A DNA stretch of 64,000 nt, taken from positions 96,001-160,000 of the IMG/VR virus record IMGVR_UViG_3300042731_005759; one strand, written 5' to 3'. The DNA comes from a virus. The position numbers were made by a program, and so were the translations under genes. Of this stretch, positions 23,730-32,654 are shown in pieces; positions within the stretch are counted from its first letter, which is position 1, and every line of letters begins with the position of its first letter. Below the pieces are notes generated by a model. It worked only from the letters and a program-made list of their open reading frames with translations, was not told the origin of the DNA and did not search any database.

Positions 23730-25136
23730 ATGGCACTTAGAAACGTAACATTAACAGGAACTACAATCGGGAGCGGAATCTCGAACGTAAGTATTTACCA
23801 CAGTTTTGTGGATCCGAGCAATTTAATACAGGCGGGAGTAACCAGTACACAATTGGCTAATGGTTACACCTTCCAAGATCAAGATTATAGATACACATAT
23901 TATGTTGTATCAGATTCTGCGTGTGGAACAAACACGAGAGTTGTTCTACCAAACGCACCAATAAGTACATTTACTGAAGGTCAAATCGTGGATATCAGTG
24001 ACAATGTTATAACACACGACATCACGGCAATAGGTAATACGATAACAGGTACTCAAAACGATTGGATGATTTTTACAGAATTTGGATCAACAAGCAACGG
24101 ACATATAGTTAGATCAGATGATAATGGACAGACTTGGATTAAAGAATCAAGTTCTTCTGCACCTGATAGAGCGATGGCATTTGTTAACAACAGTACCAAA
24201 TCAATCCAAGGTGGTGTATCTTATCCTGTATCCGTTGGTAGTTGGGCTTATAATGCTTATGGGTATTTTACATCAAATGGTGGTTCTAATTGGTCCCAAC
24301 AAAATTTAATGACTCGAGGTACTGTTAATAGTAGTGCATACAACTCAGGTTATGTTGGGTATTCTTTTCAAGATGTTCAGACAAGAACCACTGCTGAAGG
24401 GACTCAAAGAGATGGTCACAACAAATTTGTTTCCTATTTAGGGGCACAGTGGATGTCCACGACGGGACAGTATTTTTCAACAGACTATTCATACAGTCAG
24501 AAAAGTCATATTGATGAGTGGTTAAATAGTTCTAGCCCTGTAGCTACTTGGCAGAATCGTGATTCCAATGTTAGTGCATCAGGAGTTAGTCAATCTTTGA
24601 GAGGGTATGGGTGTAGACTAACTGATGAAACTGGTCTAGTGAAGATATTTGCAGGTGCATCAAGTGGTTATATGTTAAAAATAACGGTGGTTAATACCTT
24701 CACTGCGGTATCATCTGGTGAGTCAGGTACAAACCAATTAATAACTGCGGTTGGTCATAATCAAGAGGAACTCAACGAACATGGTCAGGATGGTTCTGAA
24801 ACTACATGGTTGGCAGCAATAGAAGACCCAAATCAAGCAGCTAACACACAGGAGTTTATTATGAGTACTGATGATGGTGATAATTGGGTTTCTTATACAG
24901 GAACTAATATGGACACGGATTATATATACGATATCAAATACATAAAAGGTAGATGGTATGCCGTTGGTAAGAAAGGAACCGAAGGTAGGATTTGTTCCAC
25001 TGCGGACTTAAACGATCCTTGGGAACAAATGGGTACAACAAAACCTTGTAAAACAATAGGTGTTGGTAGAGATATTGAAAACACAAAAATAATAATTGGT
25101 TGTGAAGAAGGATATATAGTACAGAATCAAGTTTAA
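23730..25136 (+). CDS. Shared N-domain fused to BNR/Asp-box beta-propeller
   Basis: Asp-box motifs RSDDNGQTW, TSNGGSNW and STDDGDNW. N-domain IYHSFVDPSNLI...CGTN matches 13231. Confidence 0.75.
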   Translation: MALRNVTLTGTTIGSGISNVSIYHSFVDPSNLIQAGVTSTQLANGYTFQDQDYRYTYYVVSDSACGTNTRVVLPNAPISTFTEGQIVDISDNVITHDITAIGNTITGTQNDWMIFTEFGSTSNGHIVRSDDNGQTWIKESSSSAPDRAMAFVNNSTKSIQGGVSYPVSVGSWAYNAYGYFTSNGGSNWSQQNLMTRGTVNSSAYNSGYVGYSFQDVQTRTTAEGTQRDGHNKFVSYLGAQWMSTTGQYFSTDYSYSQKSHIDEWLNSSSPVATWQNRDSNVSASGVSQSLRGYGCRLTDETGLVKIFAGASSGYMLKITVVNTFTAVSSGESGTNQLITAVGHNQEELNEHGQDGSETTWLAAIEDPNQAANTQEFIMSTDDGDNWVSYTGTNMDTDYIYDIKYIKGRWYAVGKKGTEGRICSTADLNDPWEQMGTTKPCKTIGVGRDIENTKIIIGCEEGYIVQNQV

Positions 25137-25154
25137 ATTGTCTATAATTAAGAT

Positions 25155-27434
25155 ATGAGTTTTTTAAGTCAAAATAATGCAGAGTTTCTCTCAGCGAGGA
25201 TAACCCAAAAAGGAAGGAAATCTATTGCGGAAGGTAATTTCCAAATAAAGTTCTTTCAGATTGGTGATTCTGAATTTGACTACACAGCACCCTTTAATCG
25301 TTTAGATGGTATTCAAAATAATCCACAACAGAGTGTATTATCACCATTTGATAAAGACAGCCAAGTTAAATACCCGTATTTAATTGATACTGAGGGTACA
25401 ACAACATATGGTGTACCTATAATGGATTCAATCACTTCTACTATAAGAAATGGTATGGGTCCTGCGGGATTTATAACCGAATATAAACCATATGATGAAA
25501 CAGAATGTACAGGTACTACTGTGGAGTGTGCATCTATGAGATTACCATTAAATGGTTTTACAGGTACAAATGTTATCAGTTTCACAGAAACACAAGCTTA
25601 TTTGGATTGTAATAGTGGTTCACAAACTTCGATAGATACTAATAATTTATCTAGGTTTAATGGATGTGAATTCATTACAATTGTTTTTAATAATGAGTTT
25701 GTTAGTGAAGAACAAGTGGTCACAGGAAACTCCACAAGTAAGATATATAAAATAGTATCAATCAATACTGTAACAGGTACAACAACCACACCTCAATGTG
25801 ATAACGTAGTTACTGGTCAAACTACAATAACAATCGATAGACCAACACCTGATTTTTCAAATCACACAGGTTATGCAGAAGTTATCTGTAATAAATGTAA
25901 AATTGAACACCCATTAGAACCACAAACATCAACTGAATGTGTTTCGAGTCAAGTAGATCCGAGTGAACAACATGACCCATGGAAATTAAACGTTGTATGG
26001 AAAGAAAAACCAATCGGTGCTGATACTAATGGTATTGATGAAAGTTTAAGTGGATTCACAAGTAGTAAACATATATCCACAACAGAGTACTTAGGATATG
26101 GCTTATCTAATGGTCAGGTAACTAATACAGGTACTACATATTTTAATTCATATAGTGAAGAAATAACAGTAAAACCTGAAGAACAAAAATGTGTGGCAAT
26201 AGTACATTATAGTGAGTTAGGTCATATCTATGACGATCCCGATAGATTCTTTAAGTATGATGATTATATTGGTAGTTCAAATACTGAGGGTGTCTTAGTT
26301 GACGATGAAATTGTTACAGATGTTGAATTTTTTAATGTATATATTCCATTCATTTACTATGAAAATAGTACAGGAACAACAGTAGGTTCTGAATTTAAGA
26401 TGGACACTACTGATTATTATTTAGATTCAACTGTTGCGGGTACACCTGGTGATATTAGAACACAATATATAAAGTATAGGTATCTATTAGATGAGATAGG
26501 TAAAAAGGTAGGTAAAGTCTTCGTTGATAAAAAGATAATCGTATTCGATGACCAAGAATTGGTTTCATTATTAGAGTATCGTTCTAATAGGAGACACACC
26601 TTACCATCACCAAAAGTATATTCAATACCAAGTGAAAATTCTGCAGAAAACGCTTGTTTTGCGGGAACTACAGGACAAACGTATTGGGTAACTTACATGT
26701 TAACATATTCAGGTGACAAACAATTGAATGGTTTACCGTGTAATTACTTTACAAAAGTTGAGATAAATACAGAGGTTGATGGATGTGATATAACATATCC
26801 TTCTGATATTGCTTTCAAATTCGGAGGATCTTCAGACCATCCTAATGGGATAGGTTCTTTCCAACATCTAAAAACTGATTTATTAGATTCTACCGACGGA
26901 TATATTGCAGATACCTTTAAAGTTTTAATTCAAGAGACTACAAGTAATTCAGATTTACTACCAGATCCTAATCAATGGATTGAAATGGATTTTACATCTA
27001 AGATACCTAACCATACTGTTGGTAATTTAATTGATCCAACAAACTTAAGAGACCATAGTTTTACTATTTTACTTAGTGATATAGATGCGGGTTCTTTATT
27101 TGACCTTGAAGACTATTTGATTACAGGTACTAATAGTACAAATTATATTCCTGATGAACCATCAACAGATCCACAGTTTGGTGATGAACAACCATTCCCT
27201 GGTAGTGTAAAACTAGTAAGATCTTCAGACATAGAGGAATTAAGGTTCTTAGTCAATTTACCAAATACTCAATTTACAAATACACAGAATCCAACACACC
27301 ACAACGCGGCGACAAAAGTGGTTACTGAAGTGGCATTATTAGATCAAAATAAAAATGTTTTGATTAATGCTAAGACTTCCTCTCCGATTAAAAGAGTCGG
27401 TACCCAAGTATTTTCTGTAAAATTAGATTTTTAA
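25155..27434 (+). CDS. Baseplate/tail-collar-like structural protein
   Basis: N-terminal ITQKGRKSIA..F..GDSEFDY and C-terminal VTEVALLDQNKNVL..AK...I.R......VKLDF resemble the two halves of the phage tail-collar (DUF3751-like) domain around a large insertion. Confidence 0.6.
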   Translation: MSFLSQNNAEFLSARITQKGRKSIAEGNFQIKFFQIGDSEFDYTAPFNRLDGIQNNPQQSVLSPFDKDSQVKYPYLIDTEGTTTYGVPIMDSITSTIRNGMGPAGFITEYKPYDETECTGTTVECASMRLPLNGFTGTNVISFTETQAYLDCNSGSQTSIDTNNLSRFNGCEFITIVFNNEFVSEEQVVTGNSTSKIYKIVSINTVTGTTTTPQCDNVVTGQTTITIDRPTPDFSNHTGYAEVICNKCKIEHPLEPQTSTECVSSQVDPSEQHDPWKLNVVWKEKPIGADTNGIDESLSGFTSSKHISTTEYLGYGLSNGQVTNTGTTYFNSYSEEITVKPEEQKCVAIVHYSELGHIYDDPDRFFKYDDYIGSSNTEGVLVDDEIVTDVEFFNVYIPFIYYENSTGTTVGSEFKMDTTDYYLDSTVAGTPGDIRTQYIKYRYLLDEIGKKVGKVFVDKKIIVFDDQELVSLLEYRSNRRHTLPSPKVYSIPSENSAENACFAGTTGQTYWVTYMLTYSGDKQLNGLPCNYFTKVEINTEVDGCDITYPSDIAFKFGGSSDHPNGIGSFQHLKTDLLDSTDGYIADTFKVLIQETTSNSDLLPDPNQWIEMDFTSKIPNHTVGNLIDPTNLRDHSFTILLSDIDAGSLFDLEDYLITGTNSTNYIPDEPSTDPQFGDEQPFPGSVKLVRSSDIEELRFLVNLPNTQFTNTQNPTHHNAATKVVTEVALLDQNKNVLINAKTSSPIKRVGTQVFSVKLDF

Positions 27435-27484
27435 GATTTACAATTAACTTTTTTTTGTCTATATATTAATTCATAAGTCATATT

Positions 27485-28090
27485 ATGGACAAAAAATTTA
27501 AAAACAAACCAAAAATTTTAGGTTTAGATATTTCAACCAAAACAATTGGGTGGGCTTTATTTGATATAACCGCATCACATCTTTTGGAACTGACACATTT
27601 CTCACCTAAAATTAAACCAAAACCTGAAGATAAGATTGAGGAATTACTTAAAAAGTCTGAGGCGTTTAGAAAACATTTAGAGAACTATAAAAATATCGGT
27701 ATAACAAAAATCATAATTGAGGAACCACTTCTAAATTCTAATAATGTCTACACAGTAGGAACATTACTTAGGTATAATAGTATGGTTTTAAAATCATGTT
27801 ATGATGTATTAGGGTTAGTACCAACATTTATATCCACATATAATGCAAGAAAGTTTGCGTTTCCTGACCTAGTCGGTGAAAATGCAAAGGGAAGAAATGT
27901 GTTATTTGGGGGTTATCCTAAAACAATCGATAAAAAACACGTTGTTTGGGAACACGTTAATGATCTCTTTCCTGAAGTTACATGGTTATACGCAAGAACA
28001 GGTAACCTTAAAAAAGAAAATTATGATATGAGTGATGCGGCAACTGCGGTTATTGGTTACGTAAATAAAATTAAAAGTGAAGATAACTAA
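27485..28090 (+). CDS. RuvC-like Holliday junction resolvase
   Basis: ILGLDISTKTIGWA, IIIEEP and DMSDA acidic catalytic motifs. Confidence 0.8.
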   Translation: MDKKFKNKPKILGLDISTKTIGWALFDITASHLLELTHFSPKIKPKPEDKIEELLKKSEAFRKHLENYKNIGITKIIIEEPLLNSNNVYTVGTLLRYNSMVLKSCYDVLGLVPTFISTYNARKFAFPDLVGENAKGRNVLFGGYPKTIDKKHVVWEHVNDLFPEVTWLYARTGNLKKENYDMSDAATAVIGYVNKIKSEDN

Positions 28091-28099
28091 ACAAGGGAC

Positions 28100-28128
28100 T
28101 TTACTTTTTTAATTTAAATTCATATATT
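28100..28128 (+). promoter_or_regulatory. Host-type (early) promoter
   Basis: TTTACT-N17-TATATT. Confidence 0.55.
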
Positions 28129-28134
28129 TAATAA

Positions 28135-28207
28135 TAGGACGGGACGTGTAGAAATACACGTAAGGTTGGTAGTCCCTGGGATGTGGTGTTCTCAGGGACT
28201 TTTTTTT
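28135..28207 (+). ncRNA. Putative structured small RNA or attenuator of about 70 nt
   Basis: GC-rich island: hairpin ACGTGTA-GAAA-TACACGT, then terminator stem AGTCCCTGGGAT...GTTCTCAGGGACT plus T-run, downstream of a promoter-like site. Confidence 0.5.
28171..28207 (+). terminator. Intrinsic terminator
   Basis: 12-13 bp stem with G-U pairs followed by T7. Confidence 0.8.
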
Positions 28208-28234
28208 GTCAAAAATTTTTCGTATACTTTTACT

Positions 28235-29173
28235 ATGACCACCAATGAAACAGACTTTTCTCCAATTATAGACGTTTTAGAAGACGTTTTTGGTGATTAT
28301 AAAAATCACAATGACTATAGAGGTCAAATATCTTTTGACTGCCCTGTATGTTCCTATGAAATAAAGGGGTTAGATGCGGGTGATGGAAAGGGAAATCTCG
28401 AAATAAACTATAAAATGTTTGTTTATAAGTGTTGGTCGTGTGCGGAAACTCACGACACACATGGACACTTATCTAAGTTGGTTAGAAAATATGGATCACC
28501 ACGACAGATTAAACAATTTTTCTTGTTTCTACCTGATGAATTCATACAGGAGAAACAACAATATAAAAAAGTAAAGTTACCTTACAGTTTTACTCCATTT
28601 TCAGAAGTAACTGAAGGACAAAAACTTACACATTATTATAAACAAGCGATTAGATACATAAACTCAAGGAATATAACACCTGAAATGTTAGAAAAATATA
28701 AAATTGGGTACTGTACCGAGGGTTTGTACGAGAATCGAATTGTCGTACCATCTTATGATGGAAACGACAATCTAAATTATTTTGTTGCGAGATCATATTT
28801 GAGTTATTCTAAATTAAAATATAGAAATCCACAAGCGGATAAAGAGAAATTGATTTGGAATGAACATTTAATAGATTGGGAAAAACCAATTTATTTAGTA
28901 GAGGGGGTATTTGATAGTCTATTTGTTGAAAATTCAATACCTCTATTGGGTAAATTCCTAAATAATAACTTGTTTGAAAAGTTATATGATAATGCGAAGA
29001 AAATCATCATCGTGTTAGATGGTGATGCGTGGGATGATGCCGAAAGATTATACCATAGAATAAACGGAGGTAAGTTAATGGGTAAAATATGGATCATTAA
29101 ACTACCAATCGATAATGATATTGCGGATTTGAGAGGAGATCTCTCCAAATATCAAGAAATACAATTAGATTAA
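28235..29173 (+). CDS. DNA primase (Zn finger + TOPRIM)
   Basis: CPVC...CWSC zinc finger; YLVEGVFD and VLDGDA TOPRIM motifs. ATG28235 is preferred because TTG28166 lies within the RNA structure. Confidence 0.85.
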   Translation: MTTNETDFSPIIDVLEDVFGDYKNHNDYRGQISFDCPVCSYEIKGLDAGDGKGNLEINYKMFVYKCWSCAETHDTHGHLSKLVRKYGSPRQIKQFFLFLPDEFIQEKQQYKKVKLPYSFTPFSEVTEGQKLTHYYKQAIRYINSRNITPEMLEKYKIGYCTEGLYENRIVVPSYDGNDNLNYFVARSYLSYSKLKYRNPQADKEKLIWNEHLIDWEKPIYLVEGVFDSLFVENSIPLLGKFLNNNLFEKLYDNAKKIIIVLDGDAWDDAERLYHRINGGKLMGKIWIIKLPIDNDIADLRGDLSKYQEIQLD

Positions 29174-30027
29174 TGAATTTAAAGGAAGAATCAGAGAAAA
29201 TTAGAAAGGTTTTAGATAGGAGACGAAAAGAACTCGACCTATCATTTATAGAGGAAGATCATTTATACTATATGAGAGGTAAAGAAGGTATAATTAGGTC
29301 TAATTACCCATCTGTTTCTAAAATTATCAAGAAATTTTACGAAGAGTTTGACGCTGAAGGTATCTCCTTAAGAATGGCGAAAGGTAACATACAAAGACAA
29401 AAGGAATTATTACAAGAATGGAAAGATAAAGGTACTTATGCGACTAATCAGGGTAGTAGAGTACACTATATACTTGAAAAGGTACTCATTGAACAGTATG
29501 GTGACTATAAAAACGTTAGGGAACCGATTTATCAATGTGATGATGAACAAATACAAAGAAGTGACAACATGATAAATGCGGGTAAAGACTTCTTGAAACT
29601 GATGCACGAAAGAAATGCAGTATTATTAGACACCGAGATCGTATTAGGTGATCCCGAGTTAGGTTATGTGGGTCAACCCGATAAAGTATGGTTAGTAGAA
29701 AATAAACAAGGTACTGATTACGGTATTTTGATAACAGATTGGAAAACAAATAAACCCGAAAACTTCAAAAAACAGAGATACACTAAAAAGATGTATTCTC
29801 CATTTGATAATATAGATAGTACTGCACTTGGACACTACTATTTACAACTACCATTTTATGGTAAACTACTTCTAAAAATGTTAGAAGGTACTGAATATGG
29901 TGATAAAAAATTATTAGGGAACATTGTAGTTCTTGTAAAAGAAGATGGTTCCTTTGAAGAGTATAAAGTCCCTGTTGAGGTAACTCAAAAGATACTTCTC
30001 ATGGACATGGATAAAATTTTAAAATAA
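29173..30027 (+). CDS. PD-(D/E)xK exonuclease (RecB/Cas4-like phage exonuclease)
   Basis: PSVS, GSRVH, E...GQPD...DWKT and YYLQL..Y motifs. Confidence 0.8.
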   Translation: MNLKEESEKIRKVLDRRRKELDLSFIEEDHLYYMRGKEGIIRSNYPSVSKIIKKFYEEFDAEGISLRMAKGNIQRQKELLQEWKDKGTYATNQGSRVHYILEKVLIEQYGDYKNVREPIYQCDDEQIQRSDNMINAGKDFLKLMHERNAVLLDTEIVLGDPELGYVGQPDKVWLVENKQGTDYGILITDWKTNKPENFKKQRYTKKMYSPFDNIDSTALGHYYLQLPFYGKLLLKMLEGTEYGDKKLLGNIVVLVKEDGSFEEYKVPVEVTQKILLMDMDKILK

Positions 30028-30470
30028 TGATTAGATACGAAGGTAAAAAAATAGGTTTCACGGCAGGAAATTTTGATCTGTTGCATCCTGGTTATATATA
30101 CACCTTTGAAACTGCGAAAGAACACTGTGATTGGTTTATTGTTTTTTTACAGAGAGACCCATCACTACATAGAAAAAGTAAATATAAACCAGTGATACCA
30201 GTCTATGAAAGATATAAAACTTTAATGTCGATAAAATATATTGATGAGGTTTTCATGTATCAAACTGAAGAAGAATTATTAGATCTAATTAAATTCTTTA
30301 AACCAGATGTTAGAATTTTAGGTGAAGACTACATAGGTAAAGATTTCACAGGTAAAGACTTACCGATTGAAGTGATTTATACAACTAGATCACACGATTG
30401 GTCAACAACGAAAATAAAAGATTTAATCACAAGACAAACGATTGAACAAAACCCAAATATTTTAAAATGA
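30027..30470 (+). CDS. Cytidylyltransferase family (TagD/RfaE-like) nucleotidyltransferase, copy 1
   Basis: AGNFDLLHPGY, ER...L.SIKYIDEV, GEDY, RSHDWSTT. Confidence 0.85.
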   Translation: MIRYEGKKIGFTAGNFDLLHPGYIYTFETAKEHCDWFIVFLQRDPSLHRKSKYKPVIPVYERYKTLMSIKYIDEVFMYQTEEELLDLIKFFKPDVRILGEDYIGKDFTGKDLPIEVIYTTRSHDWSTTKIKDLITRQTIEQNPNILK

Positions 30471-30895
30471 GTAAACCAAAAATAGGTGTTGTTGCGGGTA
30501 ATTTTGACATAATTCATCCAGGTTATATTGAGATGTTTAGGGAGTGTAGTCAACAATGCGAGGAATTTCATGTCTTATTACACACAGATCCTTCTATTGA
30601 AAGACCACATAAATTAAAACCAATATTGAGTGTTGAGGAAAGATTTAAAGTACTAATGTCTATTAGATACATAACTAATATACATATATATACATTTGAA
30701 AAGGAATTAGTAAAATTATTAGAGACAGTCAAACCTGATGTTAGATTTTTAGGTGATGATTATAGGGAGAAGAAGTTTACTGGTGATCATCTCGATATAC
30801 CTATCTATTATTTGAATAGAGATCATGGATGGAGTACAACTAAATTTAAAAAACTTATACACGATGAGTATAGAAGACAAGTGGAATCTGATTGA
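30467..30895 (+). CDS. Cytidylyltransferase family nucleotidyltransferase, copy 2
   Basis: AGNFDIIHPGY, GDDY, RDHGWSTT; ATGA overlap with copy 1. Confidence 0.85.
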   Translation: MSKPKIGVVAGNFDIIHPGYIEMFRECSQQCEEFHVLLHTDPSIERPHKLKPILSVEERFKVLMSIRYITNIHIYTFEKELVKLLETVKPDVRFLGDDYREKKFTGDHLDIPIYYLNRDHGWSTTKFKKLIHDEYRRQVESD

Positions 30896-31022
30896 CGAAA
30901 AACTTGGTGTTGTTTATAGTAATTTAGGTATTTGTTGTCAAGATTATTGTGATGCGGCAAGTGCAATACATAACTTAGAAGAAGTTATGGATTTATTAGT
31001 TGATATAAGAAAAGAAAAATGA
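30864..31022 (+). CDS. Small hypothetical protein (MSIEDKWN...)
   Basis: Fills the gap and has an ATGA overlap with 31019; start uncertain. Confidence 0.55.
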   Translation: MSIEDKWNLIDEKLGVVYSNLGICCQDYCDAASAIHNLEEVMDLLVDIRKEK

Positions 31023-31822
31023 TAAAGAAGATTATACATACGGCAGATATACACATTCGTAGGAATCAACACCACGAAAATTATCAAAAACAATTTGAGA
31101 AGTTTATCGAAGACGCGAAAGAAAAATTAAAAGATTATGATTACGATGAGGTTAGAGTCGTTATTGCGGGAGACCTTGTTCATGAGAAAATCAACATCTC
31201 AAATGAACAGTTAGTCGTTACCTCAAAATTCTTAAACGACATAACTAACGAGTTAGGTAAGGTCGTTATTATACCTGGTAATCATGATTTCTTGGAAAAC
31301 AATCATGAAAGAGTTGATAGTATCACACCTGTTGTAGATATGTTACAAAATGATAATATTATCTATTACAAAGATAGTGGTGTATATGAAGACGAAAACA
31401 TAAACTGGGTTGTATACTCATTATACCAACACAACCAAAGACCTAAGTTTGAGAAGGACGGTAAATTCTATGTTGGTTTATTTCATAGTCCAATTCAAGG
31501 GTTGGCGACAGACACTGGTTATGAGTTCGATGATGCATACTCACCTCTTAATTTTAGAGGATTAGACATACTTTTATGTGGTGATATACATAAAAGACAA
31601 GTATTTGAATTACCTGATGGTGGACAAGCTATTATGGTGGGATCGATGATACAACAAAATTTCGGTGAAACAGTAAATTATCATGGGTATGGTATTTATG
31701 ATGTAGAGACTAATGATTATGAGTTCGTTGATTTAGATAACGAACAACCATTTTTACATTTCTCCATAAACGACATCAAAGATATCGAAAATGAAACCGA
31801 AACACTCCTTAACCTTAAGTAA
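31019..31822 (+). CDS. SbcD/Mre11-like (T4 gp47-like) metallophosphoesterase nuclease
   Basis: ADIH, AGDL, PGNHD, FH and GDIH motifs. Confidence 0.85.
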   Translation: MIKKIIHTADIHIRRNQHHENYQKQFEKFIEDAKEKLKDYDYDEVRVVIAGDLVHEKINISNEQLVVTSKFLNDITNELGKVVIIPGNHDFLENNHERVDSITPVVDMLQNDNIIYYKDSGVYEDENINWVVYSLYQHNQRPKFEKDGKFYVGLFHSPIQGLATDTGYEFDDAYSPLNFRGLDILLCGDIHKRQVFELPDGGQAIMVGSMIQQNFGETVNYHGYGIYDVETNDYEFVDLDNEQPFLHFSINDIKDIENETETLLNLK

Positions 31823-32291
31823 GGAATTCTTAGATTTTTGTGAAATTAACGAGATCGATAAGATCGACGAGTTAGCACGAGACACCTTTGAAAGGGGATT
31901 CACTATTATAAAATTTGGTGAGACACCGTCTATAGTAAAAGGTAAAGAGACAATCAAAGAAATAGAAAAGGAAGTAGTAAAAGAGGTAGAAATAATAAAA
32001 GAGGTTGAGGTACCAGTAGAAGTAATTAAAGAAGTAAAGGTTGAGGTACCAGTAGAAGTGGTAAAAGAGGTACCAATAAAAGGTGACACGAAAGTAGTAA
32101 CCAAAGAGGTAATTAAAGAAGTTGAGGTCGAGAAACCTATATACATTACTGACGACAAAGAGATAGAGAAATTAAAAAAGGAAAACAAAAAACTTCAGGA
32201 AGATCTCAACAAAATCACAGAATCACTTACTAATTTCAATAGAGCCAAATACATGAAGAATTCTGATTTGAATTCATTATATGGTGAGTAA
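31791..32291 (+). CDS. Hypothetical protein with EV(I/V)KEV(P) repeats and coiled coil
   Basis: Repeats KEVEVPVEVIKEV. Confidence 0.75.
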   Translation: MKPKHSLTLSKEFLDFCEINEIDKIDELARDTFERGFTIIKFGETPSIVKGKETIKEIEKEVVKEVEIIKEVEVPVEVIKEVKVEVPVEVVKEVPIKGDTKVVTKEVIKEVEVEKPIYITDDKEIEKLKKENKKLQEDLNKITESLTNFNRAKYMKNSDLNSLYGE

Positions 32292-32297
32292 AGGGGG

Positions 32298-32326
32298 TTG
32301 ACTTTCCCAATATAATTGTGTATCAT
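32298..32326 (+). promoter_or_regulatory. Host-type promoter
   Basis: GGGGG-TTGACT-N17-TATCAT; predicted +1 at about ATG32333. Confidence 0.7.
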
Positions 32327-32332
32327 TTTTAT

Positions 32333-32644
32333 ATGGTAGATATATTATTGTTTTGGGCTTTGTCCGCTTACGGAATGACAACCATTTTAGTATACGGTTC
32401 AATATTCGAGGGTTTAAGAGAATTTATATCCAAACACTCCAAATTTTTCGGTGAACTTATAAACTGCCCCCTATGTACATCTACATGGGTTGGTTTTTTC
32501 TTTTCAATATGTTTCGGTGGACTTACCGTCAAGTATTTTGACGTAGGTTATTTCGGGATATTCTTTGATGGGATGTATACCGCGGGTATTGTATGGGTAA
32601 TAAACGCAATAACTGAATTCTTTGAAGAAAGCAGGATTAAATAG
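32333..32644 (+). CDS. Small membrane protein with CPxC (DUF1360-like)
   Basis: Hydrophobic segments and LINCPLCTSTWVG. Confidence 0.65.
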   Translation: MVDILLFWALSAYGMTTILVYGSIFEGLREFISKHSKFFGELINCPLCTSTWVGFFFSICFGGLTVKYFDVGYFGIFFDGMYTAGIVWVINAITEFFEESRIK

Positions 32645-32654
32645 TCATGAGTGA

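Noticed and set aside
28135-28207. tRNA or a known riboswitch class
   Set aside because: No cloverleaf, T-loop or aptamer consensus that I recognise.
28166-28234. N-terminal extension of primase from TTG28166
   Set aside because: It runs through a terminator hairpin; ATG28235 follows a -10-like hexamer.
29173-30027. Cas4-like nuclease as evidence of CRISPR-Cas
   Set aside because: No Fe-S cysteine set, cas1/cas2 or array; it sits in a replication operon as an ordinary phage exonuclease.
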